Positions 22,967 through 31,981 of a stretch of DNA of 32,000 bases are shown in pieces. The stretch spans positions 10,133 through 42,132 of the forward strand of contig NZ_BCZP01000037.1 in assembly GCF_001598795.1 (NCBI RefSeq), given 5' to 3'. The notes under the pieces were generated by a model that ran no database searches, had not been told where the DNA came from, and worked only from the letters and a program-made list of their open reading frames with translations. Each line of letters opens with the position of its first letter. Within the stretch, counting starts at the first letter, position 1. Made by a program: the position numbers and the translations under genes. Source of the DNA: Delftia acidovorans NBRC 14950. GTDB taxonomy: Bacteria; Pseudomonadota; Gammaproteobacteria; Burkholderiales; Burkholderiaceae_C.

Positions 22967-23527
22967 TCAGACCGCCATGATGTCTTGTTCCTTGGCAGCC
23001 ACCAGCGCGTCGATCTCGGTGATGTGCTTGTCGGTCATCTTCTGGACATCGGCTTCGCAACGCTTTTGATCGTCTTCCGAGGCTTCCTTGTCCTTGACCA
23101 GCTTCTTGACGGCTTCGTTGGCGTCGCGGCGCAGGTTGCGCACGGCGATCTTGGAAGCTTCGCCTTCGTTGCGGGCCAGCTTGGTCATTTCCTTGCGGCG
23201 TTCCTCGCTCATGGGAGGCATGGGCACGCGGATCAAATCGCCCAGCGAGGCAGGGTTCAGGCCCAGATCGCTTTCGCGAATGGCCTTCTCCACCTTGGCG
23301 GACATGCTCTTTTCCCAGGGCTGCACGCTGATGGTGCGCGCATCGAGCAGGTTCACGTTGGCCACCTGGGACAGCGGCACCATGGAGCCGTAGTAATCCA
23401 CATGGATGGAGTCCAGCAGCGAGGGGTTGGCACGGCCGGTACGCACACGCGCAAGATTGTTCTTGAGCGCTTCGATGGACTGGCCCATCTTGGACTCGGT
23501 GGTCTTCTTGATGTCTGCAATCGTCAT
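22967..23527 (-). CDS. frr: ribosome recycling factor
   Basis: ORF 22967..23683. The ATG at 23527 gives a 186-aa protein, [39 protein letters not shown]..., which is typical RRF length and sequence. Confidence 0.96.
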
Positions 23528-23570
23528 GTTCTTGTTCCTTGAAGAGCTGTGAAACGCGGGATCAAAACGC

Positions 23571-24293
23571 TCAAGCGTACACCAGCGTGCCCTCATCCTC
23601 GCCCATGACCACGCGCTTGAGCGCGCCGGGCTTGATGATGGAGAACACCCGGATCGGCAGCTTCTGATCGCGGCACAGCGCAAAGGCAGTGGCGTCCATG
23701 ATGCCCAGGTTGCGCGAAATGGCCTCGTCGAAAGCCAGCTTGTGATAGCGGGTCGCGTTGGGATTCTTCATCGGGTCGTCGGTGTAGACACCATCGACCT
23801 TGGTGGCCTTGAGCACCACTTCGGCACCGATCTCCGCGCCGCGCAGTGCCGCGGCCGTATCGGTCGTGAAGAACGGGTTGCCGGTGCCGGCGGCGAACAC
23901 CACCACCTTGCCCTCTTCGAGATACTGCAGGGCCTTGGGGCGCACATAGGGCTCCACGACCTGCTCGATGGCAATGGCCGACATGACACGGGCGATAAGG
24001 CCCTGCTTGTCCATGGCATCGGCCAGGGCCAGGGCATTCATCACAGTGGCCAGCATGCCCATGTAGTCGGCGGTGGCGCGGTCCATTCCGACCGAACCAC
24101 CAGCCACGCCACGGAAAATATTCCCTCCACCGATCACCACGGCCACCTGGACACCCACGCGGGTGACTTCGGCGATTTCGGAGACCATGCGCTCGATGGT
24201 GGCACGGTTGATGCCGAACGAGTCGTCGCCCATGAGCGCCTCACCGGACAGCTTGAGCAGGATGCGCTTGTGGGCCGGTGCGGCGTTGGACAT
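23571..24293 (-). CDS. pyrH: UMP kinase
   Basis: ORF 23571..24416. The ATG at 24293 is preceded by GGAG (ggagaaacaccATG). It gives a 240-aa protein, [23 protein letters not shown]... Confidence 0.96.
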
Positions 24294-24308
24294 GGTGTTT
24301 CTCCGAAA

Positions 24309-24328
24309 GGTGGATGGTGGTGGATGGT
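24309..24328. repeat. perfect tandem 10-mer (2 copies) in the tsf-pyrH spacer
   Basis: GGTGGATGGT GGTGGATGGT on the plus strand. The mRNA sense is ACCAUCCACC x2, lying 15 nt upstream of the pyrH ATG. Confidence 0.8.
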
Positions 24329-24357
24329 GAAGGGAACGGTTCAGGCGCTCAGACGAA

Positions 24358-25254
24358 TCAGGCGCCGGCCTTGGCAGCGGCCACTTGGGCAGCCACTTCG
24401 GCAGCGAAGTCGTCAACCTTCTTTTCGATGCCTTCGCCGACCACGTACAGGGTGAAGCCCTTGACGTTGGTGTTGGCGGCCTTGAGCATCTGGGCCACGG
24501 TCTGCTTGCCGTCGGCAGCCTTCACGAAGACCTGGTCGGCCAGCGAGACTTCCTTCAGGTACTTCTGAACCGAGCCTTCGACCATCTTGGCGACGATCTC
24601 GGCAGGCTTGCCGGATTCGGCAGCCTTGGCGGCAGCAACGGTGCGTTCCTTTTCGATCAGCTCGGCAGGCACGTCAGCGCTGGTCACGGACACGGGCTTC
24701 ATGGCGGCCACGTGCATGGCGACGTCCTTGGCAGCGGTTGCATCGCCTTCGAACTCGACGATCACGCCGATGCGCGAACCGTGCAGGTAAGAAGCCAGGC
24801 TGGTGCCATCGAAACGCTTGAAGCGGCGGAAGGACATGTTCTCGCCGATCTTGCCGATCAGGCCCTTGCGCACGTCTTCCAGGGTGGGGCCGAAACCGTC
24901 CTGCTCATAGGCCAGGGCGCTCAGCGCGGCCACGTCAGCGGGGTTTTGCTCGGCGACCAGCTTGGCGGCGGCATTGGCCATCGCGATGAAGCTGTCGTTC
25001 TTGGACACGAAGTCGGTTTCGCTGTTGACTTCGATCATGGCACCCTGGTTGCCATTGATGAAGGCGGCGATCACGCCTTCGGCGGTCACGCGCGAGGCGG
25101 CCTTGCCAGCCTTGGTGCCGAGCTTGACGCGCAGCAGCTCTTCGGCCTTGACCAGATCGCCCTCGGCTTCGGTCAGGGCCTTCTTGCATTCCATCATGGG
25201 CGCGTCAGTCTTTGCGCGCAGTTCAGCCACCATGCTTGCGGTAATTGCAGCCAT
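24358..25254 (-). CDS. tsf: translation elongation factor Ts
   Basis: 298 aa starting [34 protein letters not shown] (UBA-like N-terminus). SD GGAG lies upstream. It follows rpsB. Confidence 0.97.
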   Translation of the reverse strand: MAAITASMVAELRAKTDAPMMECKKALTEAEGDLVKAEELLRVKLGTKAGKAASRVTAEGVIAAFINGNQGAMIEVNSETDFVSKNDSFIAMANAAAKLVAEQNPADVAALSALAYEQDGFGPTLEDVRKGLIGKIGENMSFRRFKRFDGTSLASYLHGSRIGVIVEFEGDATAAKDVAMHVAAMKPVSVTSADVPAELIEKERTVAAAKAAESGKPAEIVAKMVEGSVQKYLKEVSLADQVFVKAADGKQTVAQMLKAANTNVKGFTLYVVGEGIEKKVDDFAAEVAAQVAAAKAGA

Positions 25255-25298
25255 CGTATTTCTCCAATGTCAGTTCGATTCGTTACAGGATTTCGGCT

Positions 25299-25325
25299 AA
25301 AAAAACGGGGCTACCCTGAGCCCCG
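25299..25325 (-). terminator. rho-independent terminator/attenuator between rpsB and tsf
   Basis: On the minus strand, CGGGGCT cagggt AGCCCCG is followed by TTTTTTT. The plus-strand stem is at 25306-25325 and the A-tract at 25299-25305. An rpsB-tsf attenuator is known in E. coli. Confidence 0.8.
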
Positions 25326-25367
25326 CTTCTTATTCAGCGACGAGGTCGCTCAGCCGGACAAGCTCAA

Positions 25368-26120
25368 TCAGGCAGCGGATTCTTCCACTTCCACGAACTC
25401 GTCACCGCTCTCGCCGGATGCAGCCTTGACCACGTCGGTCAGTGCAGCAGCGCGGCCTTCCAGGATCGCGTCGGCGATGCCTTGGGCGTACAGTTGCACA
25501 GCCTTGGCAGAGTCGTCGTTACCGGGGATGACATAGTCGATGCCTTCGGGGTTGTGGTTGGAGTCAACCACGCCAACCAGGGGGATGCCCAGCTTCTTGG
25601 CTTCGGCCACGGCGATCTTGTGGAAGCCCACGTCGATCACGAAGATGGCGTCGGGCAGGCTGTTCATGTCCTGGATGCCGCCGATGTCCTTTTCCAGCTT
25701 TTCCAGTTCGCGAACGAACATCAGCTGTTCCTTCTTGCTCATGGCTTCCAGGCCGGCTTCTTGCTGGGCCTTCATTTCCTTCAGACGCTTGATGGACGTC
25801 TTGACGGTCTTGAAGTTGGTCAGCATGCCGCCCAGCCAACGCTGGTCAACGAAGGGCACGCCAGCGCGCTGGGCTTCTGCAGCCACCATCTCGCGGGCTT
25901 GGCGCTTGGTGCCGACCATCAGGATCGTGCCGCCGTTGGACGCCAGTTGCTTGACGAACTTCTGGGCGTCCTGGAACATCGGCAGCGACTTTTCCAGGTT
26001 GATGATGTGGATCTTGTTGCGGTGACCGAAGATGAAGGGGGCCATCTTGGGGTTCCAGAAACGGGTCTGGTGACCGAAGTGGACGCCTGCTTCCAGCATC
26101 TCGCGCATAGTGACGGACAT
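25368..26120 (-). CDS. rpsB: 30S ribosomal protein S2
   Basis: 250 aa starting [50 protein letters not shown] lies 8 nt upstream. Confidence 0.98.
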   Translation of the reverse strand: MSVTMREMLEAGVHFGHQTRFWNPKMAPFIFGHRNKIHIINLEKSLPMFQDAQKFVKQLASNGGTILMVGTKRQAREMVAAEAQRAGVPFVDQRWLGGMLTNFKTVKTSIKRLKEMKAQQEAGLEAMSKKEQLMFVRELEKLEKDIGGIQDMNSLPDAIFVIDVGFHKIAVAEAKKLGIPLVGVVDSNHNPEGIDYVIPGNDDSAKAVQLYAQGIADAILEGRAAALTDVVKAASGESGDEFVEVEESAA

Positions 26121-26345
26121 ATGAATACCTCAAAGGTTAGGTCTAAAATCCAGCCCGACAATTGCCCCCTGAAACACAGGGCGCAACACCTTGAAGGGAC
26201 TGGTTTGCGATTGACTTTGCGCAGGATCCCCAAGCATGGGCAGGCGTTCTTGACGAACACCCCGCACCCAAAAGCTTTCACCTGACCCCCGGCAATCCCG
26301 GAGAAAATCAGGGGGAACCCCTAGCAAAGCCGCAAGATTCTAGCA
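26121..26345 (-). promoter_or_regulatory. candidate rpsB promoter (extended -10) plus a long structured 5' leader
   Basis: The minus strand reads TGcTAGAAT, with the hexamer as the complement of 26337-26342. That is about 210 nt upstream of the rpsB ATG. Several GC hairpins lie in between, for example GGTGTTC gtcaa GAACGCC, and CCTGA...TCAGG enclosing CCGG gattg CCGG. Motif and structure reading only. Confidence 0.35.
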
Positions 26346-26490
26346 CACGCCACCCCTCAACCGAGGCTTCGCGCTCCAAGCGCGCTCACCACCCCTCACG
26401 GCCACGGCAGTTGCACAACATGCACACACTCCTGTAGTGATAGCTGCATCCGCTTGATAATCCGGGCACTTCAGCAGATTCCACCCAAAA

Positions 26491-27762
26491 ATGAACATCG
26501 CGATTGTGGGCGCCGGCAGCATTGGCGTTGCGACAGCCCACGCACTGGCACAGGCCGGCCACGAGGTCACCGTCTACGAGCGTCACGGCACCGCAGCCGA
26601 AGAAGCCAGCTTCGGACATGCCGGCTGGCTGGGCCCCAGCCTGCTCCAGCCCTGGAGCGTCCCCGGCCTTTCGACCGCCGAACGCTCCCCCACCCTCCCC
26701 GGCCGGCAGGCCCTGCCGCGCCTGGGCTCCGGAAACCTTGCAGCCCAGCTGCGCTGGCTATGGCAATGGCGCCAGGCCGGACGGCAACTGCGCAAAGGCA
26801 ACGTGCCCACAGCCGCCATGGCGGCGCTGGAGGCGCTCACGCAGCGCAGCCAGCAGTTCCAGCAATCGCTGTGGAGGCAATGGGAGTTTGACCCGGAATA
26901 TGTCGCCGGAAGCCTGGTGCTGCTGGGCAGCGAGGCCGAGCACCAACAACTCAAGCCTGCGCTGGACGCACTGGCCGAGGCCGGCACACGCTGCGAGGCA
27001 CTGGATGCCGCCCAGACCCGGCTGCGCGAACCCGCCCTGGGCGAGGAAACCACGCTCGCAGGCGCCCTGTATTTTCCACAGGCAGGCGCAGCCAATGGCC
27101 GCCTTGCCACGCTGATGCAACGCCAGGCAGCGCAGTCGGCAGGAGCACGATTCGAGACGCAGCGCCTGGTGCAGCGATTGCAACCCGGCGGCGCCGGGCG
27201 CACCGCACGCCTGCAGTTGCTGGGCGAAGACGCCCCCCGTTCGCACGACGCCATCGTCGTCTGCGCCGGCGCCGAGGCCGCGAACCTGCTCACGCCGCTG
27301 GGCCTGCGCCCACCCATGATCGCCCTGCACGGCTATGGCGTCAGCGCCCCTTTGCGCGAACAAGGTTATGCCCCCCGCCACGCCATCGTGGACTGGAGTG
27401 AGCAGATGACCCTGGTCCGCCTGGGCCAGCGCATGCGCATCGTGGCCGGCGCGGAGCTGGGCCGCCGCAGCCCCATGCATGAGGCCACGCTGCAGCGCAT
27501 GTATCACCGCCTCAACATGGTTTTTCCCGGCAGCGCGGTGCTGGCCTCGGGCGTACAGATCTGGCATGGCACGCGCATGTGCACGGCAGATGGACTGCCG
27601 CTGGTGGGCGCCAGCGGACTGCCCGGCATCTGGCTCAACCTGGGACACGGCAGCTGCGGCGCCGCCATCGCGCAGGGATGCGCAAGCATGCTGAGCGACC
27701 TGATGGACAACCGCGCCAGCTTCCTGGACAGCGCACTGCTCGACCCGCGCCGCTTCGGCTGA
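26491..27762 (+). CDS. FAD-dependent oxidoreductase, D-amino-acid dehydrogenase (DadA)-like
   Basis: 423 aa with the N-terminal Rossmann segment MNIAIVGAGSIGVATAHALAQAGHEVTVYER followed by ASFGHAGW, collinear with the DadA/DAO family. There is no visible SD before the ATG. Confidence 0.8.
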   Translation: MNIAIVGAGSIGVATAHALAQAGHEVTVYERHGTAAEEASFGHAGWLGPSLLQPWSVPGLSTAERSPTLPGRQALPRLGSGNLAAQLRWLWQWRQAGRQLRKGNVPTAAMAALEALTQRSQQFQQSLWRQWEFDPEYVAGSLVLLGSEAEHQQLKPALDALAEAGTRCEALDAAQTRLREPALGEETTLAGALYFPQAGAANGRLATLMQRQAAQSAGARFETQRLVQRLQPGGAGRTARLQLLGEDAPRSHDAIVVCAGAEAANLLTPLGLRPPMIALHGYGVSAPLREQGYAPRHAIVDWSEQMTLVRLGQRMRIVAGAELGRRSPMHEATLQRMYHRLNMVFPGSAVLASGVQIWHGTRMCTADGLPLVGASGLPGIWLNLGHGSCGAAIAQGCASMLSDLMDNRASFLDSALLDPRRFG

Positions 27763-27805
27763 TCGCCCCGTCCGCCACCCGGCGGCGGACCGCTATGCTC
27801 GGTCC

Positions 27806-29383
27806 ATGCTGCGCATTCCCACATCCACCGCCTTGCCGCTGTTTGATACGGCGGCCACTCGCACCCTGGAACAGCAGGCGGCAGCCAGACTGCCAGCGCA
27901 CAGCCTCATGCAACGCGCGGGCGCGGGCCTGGCACGCCTGGCGCGCGCCATCGCTCCCCATGCACGCTGCATCTGGATAGCCTGTGGCCCCGGCAACAAC
28001 GGCGGCGATGGTTTGCAGGCAGCCGCCTGGCTGCAACAAAGCCTGAATGCGGCGCCAGAAAAGGCCCGCAGTTGCCGCATTCTGGTCAGCTGCGTGCGCG
28101 AACGCGCCCACATGCCAGACGATGCACGCGCCGCCTGGGACGCCGCCCACGAAGCCGGCGTGCAATGGACCGAGCACATGCCCGCCAACATGGGGCCACA
28201 GGACTTGTGCATTGACGCATTGCTGGGCATCGGCCTGCGCCATCCAGACGCCGCAAGCCCACACACCGGCACGAATGAGCGCCTGCTCACTCTGCTGCGC
28301 AGCCTGCAGTCCAGCACCAGCCCGGTCCTTTGCGCGGACATAGCGTCCGGACTGGATGCCGACACCGGGCAGTACCTGCCTGGATTCGCACCCCAAAACG
28401 CCCCAGCCAGCGCACGGCACACGCTGGCGCTGCTGACGCTGCAGCCCGGACTGTTCACAGGAAGTGGCCGCGATGCCTGCGGCCAGATATGGTGGGATGA
28501 CCTGGACACGGGACTGGCGAAAGGCGGGCCAATCCTCACTCCCCTGCCCTGCGCACAACTGTTTTCACCAGGCGCCAGCGCCCCGCGCCCGCACGCCAGC
28601 CACAAGGGAAGCTTTGGCGACGTGGCCATCCTTGGCGGAGAGGGGCTGGGACAGCGCGGCCTTTCCATGACCGGCGCCGCCTGGCTGGCTGCCCTGGCCG
28701 CGCTGCATGGTGGCGCGGGGCGCGTGATGCTCGCTCTGCTCGATGCCTCGGCCGGGTCAGGCCAGGCAACCGCGCCCTGGCCCGAAATCATGCTGCGCAG
28801 CCCCGAAGCGCAGGACTGGCGCAGCACCACCGTGGCGTGCGGATGCGGGGGCGGCGTGGCGGTGCGCGCATGGCTGCCCCAGATATTGGAACAAGCCCCC
28901 AGGCTGGTGCTGGACGCAGACGCACTGAATGCCATTGCCGAAGATGAATCGCTGGCCTCGCTCCTGAAAGAGCGCCGCCAGCGCGACCTGCACACGGTGC
29001 TGACGCCCCACCCGCTGGAGGCCGCCCGCCTGCTGAAGACGAACACCGCACAGATCCAGGCACAGCGGCTGCACGCCGCCAGGCAGCTGGCGCAACGCTT
29101 CGACTGCACCGCACTGCTCAAAGGCTCCGGCACCGTGATCGCCGGGCCCCAGGAAGAGAGCGATGCACCGCCTTGCTGGATCAATCCCACGGGAAACGCC
29201 CGCCTGTCGACCGGAGGAACCGGCGATGTGCTGGCCGGGCTGATTGCCGCGCTGTGGGCCCAGGGACTGGAGCCCACGCAGGCGGCAGCCCTGGCGGCCT
29301 GGCGCCATGGATTTGCAGCAGACCATTGGCCTGCGCACATCCCGTTCAGCGCCAGCGCACTGGCCCAGCAGCTCGGAGCATAA
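27806..29383 (+). CDS. nnr: bifunctional NAD(P)H-hydrate repair enzyme (epimerase plus ADP-dependent dehydratase)
   Basis: 525 aa. The N-terminal YjeF_N motif is CGPGNNGGDG. The C-terminal carbohydrate-kinase-like domain carries HKGSFGDVAILGG and GGTGDVLAG. Confidence 0.9.
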   Translation: MLRIPTSTALPLFDTAATRTLEQQAAARLPAHSLMQRAGAGLARLARAIAPHARCIWIACGPGNNGGDGLQAAAWLQQSLNAAPEKARSCRILVSCVRERAHMPDDARAAWDAAHEAGVQWTEHMPANMGPQDLCIDALLGIGLRHPDAASPHTGTNERLLTLLRSLQSSTSPVLCADIASGLDADTGQYLPGFAPQNAPASARHTLALLTLQPGLFTGSGRDACGQIWWDDLDTGLAKGGPILTPLPCAQLFSPGASAPRPHASHKGSFGDVAILGGEGLGQRGLSMTGAAWLAALAALHGGAGRVMLALLDASAGSGQATAPWPEIMLRSPEAQDWRSTTVACGCGGGVAVRAWLPQILEQAPRLVLDADALNAIAEDESLASLLKERRQRDLHTVLTPHPLEAARLLKTNTAQIQAQRLHAARQLAQRFDCTALLKGSGTVIAGPQEESDAPPCWINPTGNARLSTGGTGDVLAGLIAALWAQGLEPTQAAALAAWRHGFAADHWPAHIPFSASALAQQLGA

Positions 29384-29389
29384 AAACCC

Positions 29390-31981
29390 TCAGGGCTTGC
29401 GCCGGGGCTTGGATGTGTTGCCCGTCACCTTGGACTTGACGGCGCCCAAGGCCTTCTTGCCCAAGGCGCGCAGTGCCTGCACCGGCGACGGTGGAGGCAG
29501 CTGCGGCAGGCCGTGGGCAGCAGCATCCGTGGCCGCAGGCTTGCGCGCATCGGACGCCCGGCCTCTGCGGGGTCGCGCAGCGGAGCCAGCGGAGCCAGCG
29601 GACGATGGTTCCGCAACCGCCTCGCCCATGTCGCTCTGCCGCGCCGAGGTAGCCGAGCGCGGCTGGGCATTCGCATATTCAGCTTCCAGCGCGGCCAGGT
29701 TCACACCCTTGACCATGGCCTTTTTAGACGCCTTGCGCCCCTGCTTGCCCGCCGACGCCGCTGCATCAGACTCAGGCCTTGCACCGCTGGAGCCTCCCGA
29801 GTTGCGCTGCGCCCGCTTTTCCTTGGCATCGCGGCGGCCCCATTTTTCGCCCTGATGGGCTTCCGTGCGCGCCGGCGTCCTGCCGGGCCGGCCCGAGGCC
29901 GGCTGCTCTTCGCCATCGCGCACCAGGCGGAAATCGATGCGCCGGCCATCCAGGTCCACGCGGCTGACCTGCACGCGCAGCCGCGTGCCGATGCCATAGC
30001 GAATTCCCGAGCGCTCGCCGCGCAGTTCCTGGCGCGCCTCGTCAAAGCGGAAATAGTCGCCACCCAGCTCGGTGATGTGGACCAGTCCCTCCACATACAT
30101 GGCGTCGAGCGTGACGAAGATGCCGAAGGTGGTCACCGCAGAGACCATGCCACCGAACTCCTCGCCCAGATGCTCGCGCATGTACTTGCACTTGAGCCAG
30201 GCTTCGACATCGCGACTGGCCTCGTCAGCCCGGCGCTCGTTGGCACTGCAGTGCAGGCCAGCGGCTTCCCAGGCCTGGACCTCGGCGGCGGGCGCGCGCT
30301 TGCGCGGCTTCTGGCCGGGCGGGCTGACGCGTGATGCCAGACGCTTGGCCAGCTTGGCCTCGGCTTCTCCGGGGGTGGGCAGCTCGGGCAGGCGATAGTG
30401 CGTGCCTTCGAGCTCGGCCTTGATCACGCGGTGCACCAGCAAATCAGGATAGCGGCGGATCGGGCTGGTGAAGTGCGTATAGGCATCGAATGCCAGGCCG
30501 AAGTGGCCCGAATTCTCGGGCGTGTAGAAGGCCTGCATCATCGAGCGCAGCAGCATGGTGTGGATCTGCTGGGAGTCGGGACGGTCCTTGGTGGCGTTGG
30601 CAATGGCCTGGAACTCGGACGTGGCCGGGTTCTCGCTCAGCGCCACACCGACCCCCATGGCCTTCAGATAGTTGCGCAGAATGTCCTGCTTTTCCAGCGA
30701 GGGCTTGTCGTGCACGCGGAACAGGCCGACGCGACCGCTTTGCTCGATGAAGTCCGCACTGCAGACATTGGCAGCCAGCATGGCCTCCTCGATCAGCTTG
30801 TGCGCCTCGTTGCGCGTGCGCGGCACGATCTTCTCGATGCGGCCGTTCTCGTCACAGACGATCTGCGTCTCCGTGGTCTCGAAGTCCACGGCGCCGCGCG
30901 CCTCGCGCGACTTGAGCAGCGCCTGGTAGACGCCATGAAGATTGAGCAAGTCACCCACGCGCTCCGAGCGCCGCGCAGCCTCCGGGCCACGCGTATTGGC
31001 CAGGATGGCCGCCACCTCGGTATAGGTGAAGCGCGCATGGCTGTGCATCACCGCCGGGTAGAACTGATAGGCATGGATCTCACCCTTGGCGGTGATCAGC
31101 ATGTCGCAGACCATGCACAGGCGGTCCACATCGGGGTTGAGCGAGCACAGGCCATTGCTCAGCTTCTCGGGCAGCATGGGGATCACGCGGCGCGGGAAAT
31201 AGACGCTGGTGGCACGGTCATAGGCATCGATGTCGATGGCGCTGCCCGTGGTCACGTAGTGGCTCACATCGGCAATCGCCACCAGCAGGCGCCAGCCCTT
31301 GCTGCGTCCGACCTTGGCGGGCTCGCAGTAGACGGCATCGTCGAAATCGCGCGCGTCCTCGCCATCGATGGTCACCAGGGGCACATCGGTCAGATCGATG
31401 CGCTTCTTGCAGTCGGCAGGCCGCACCCTATCCGGCAGCGCCTTGGCCTGCGCAAGGCAGGCATCGGAAAACACATGCGGGACGCCGTACTTGCGCACCG
31501 CGATCTCGATCTCCATGCCGGGATCATCGACTTCACCGAGCACTTCGATGATGCGGCCCACGGGCTGGCCGAACAGCGCAGGCGCCTCGGTCAGTTCCAC
31601 CACCACCACTTGGCCGATCTTGGCCGATCCTGTGGCATTGGCGGGGATCAGGATGTCCTGACCGTAGCGCTTGTCCTCGGGCGCCACCAGCCACACACCG
31701 CTTTCCTGCAAGAAGCGGCCAATGATGTTGTGCGCAGGGCGCTCGATGATCTCGACCACACGGCCTTCAGGCCGGCCGCGGCGGTCCTGACGCACGATGC
31801 GGACCTTCACGCGGTCCTTGTGCAGCACGGCACGCATTTCATTGGGGGGGAGGAAGATGTCGCCTTCGCCGTCATCGCGGATGACGAAGCCATGTCCGTC
31901 GCGGTGCCCCTGCACACTGCCCTCGATTTCGTCGTTCACATCGGCGCTTTTGGCGTGAGGGTTCATTTTCTTGGTATACAA
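29390..31981 (-). CDS. rnr: ribonuclease R
   Basis: 863-aa ORF with a cold-shock-like segment GSVQGHRDGHGFV and the RNB catalytic motifs LVTIDGEDARDFDDAVY and HFGLAFDAYTHFTSPIRRYPDLLVHR. An S1 domain and a long basic tail follow. The start is either the TTG at 31981 (AGGAAAG 7 nt upstream) or the ATG at 31966. The last 20-30 nt of the window are AT-rich and look like UTR. Confidence 0.93.
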   Translation of the reverse strand: MYTKKMNPHAKSADVNDEIEGSVQGHRDGHGFVIRDDGEGDIFLPPNEMRAVLHKDRVKVRIVRQDRRGRPEGRVVEIIERPAHNIIGRFLQESGVWLVAPEDKRYGQDILIPANATGSAKIGQVVVVELTEAPALFGQPVGRIIEVLGEVDDPGMEIEIAVRKYGVPHVFSDACLAQAKALPDRVRPADCKKRIDLTDVPLVTIDGEDARDFDDAVYCEPAKVGRSKGWRLLVAIADVSHYVTTGSAIDIDAYDRATSVYFPRRVIPMLPEKLSNGLCSLNPDVDRLCMVCDMLITAKGEIHAYQFYPAVMHSHARFTYTEVAAILANTRGPEAARRSERVGDLLNLHGVYQALLKSREARGAVDFETTETQIVCDENGRIEKIVPRTRNEAHKLIEEAMLAANVCSADFIEQSGRVGLFRVHDKPSLEKQDILRNYLKAMGVGVALSENPATSEFQAIANATKDRPDSQQIHTMLLRSMMQAFYTPENSGHFGLAFDAYTHFTSPIRRYPDLLVHRVIKAELEGTHYRLPELPTPGEAEAKLAKRLASRVSPPGQKPRKRAPAAEVQAWEAAGLHCSANERRADEASRDVEAWLKCKYMREHLGEEFGGMVSAVTTFGIFVTLDAMYVEGLVHITELGGDYFRFDEARQELRGERSGIRYGIGTRLRVQVSRVDLDGRRIDFRLVRDGEEQPASGRPGRTPARTEAHQGEKWGRRDAKEKRAQRNSGGSSGARPESDAAASAGKQGRKASKKAMVKGVNLAALEAEYANAQPRSATSARQSDMGEAVAEPSSAGSAGSAARPRRGRASDARKPAATDAAAHGLPQLPPPSPVQALRALGKKALGAVKSKVTGNTSKPRRKP

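Noticed and set aside
21317-24416. N-terminal extensions in the longest-ORF calls for cdsA (to 22327), uppS (to 23060), frr (to 23683) and pyrH (to 24416). The same applies elsewhere to greA (to 6114), yhbY (from 3573), ftsH (to 2873) and rseP (to 20095).
   Set aside because: The extensions overlap the preceding gene and are Arg/Pro/Ser-rich with no homology-like content. Internal starts with good SD sequences give canonical N-termini and protein lengths.
26130-26619. Small minus-strand ORFs (65, 76 and 77 aa) in the rpsB/DadA-like divergent region.
   Set aside because: They have no SD, atypical composition and no recognisable motifs, and they overlap the probable rpsB leader and promoter. 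They are better explained as non-coding regulatory sequence.
26491-29383. DadA-like oxidoreductase and nnr considered as a possible functional two-gene module.
   Set aside because: The only evidence is adjacency (a 43-nt gap and a GC hairpin without a U-run). There is no known mechanistic link and nothing in the sequences suggests one.
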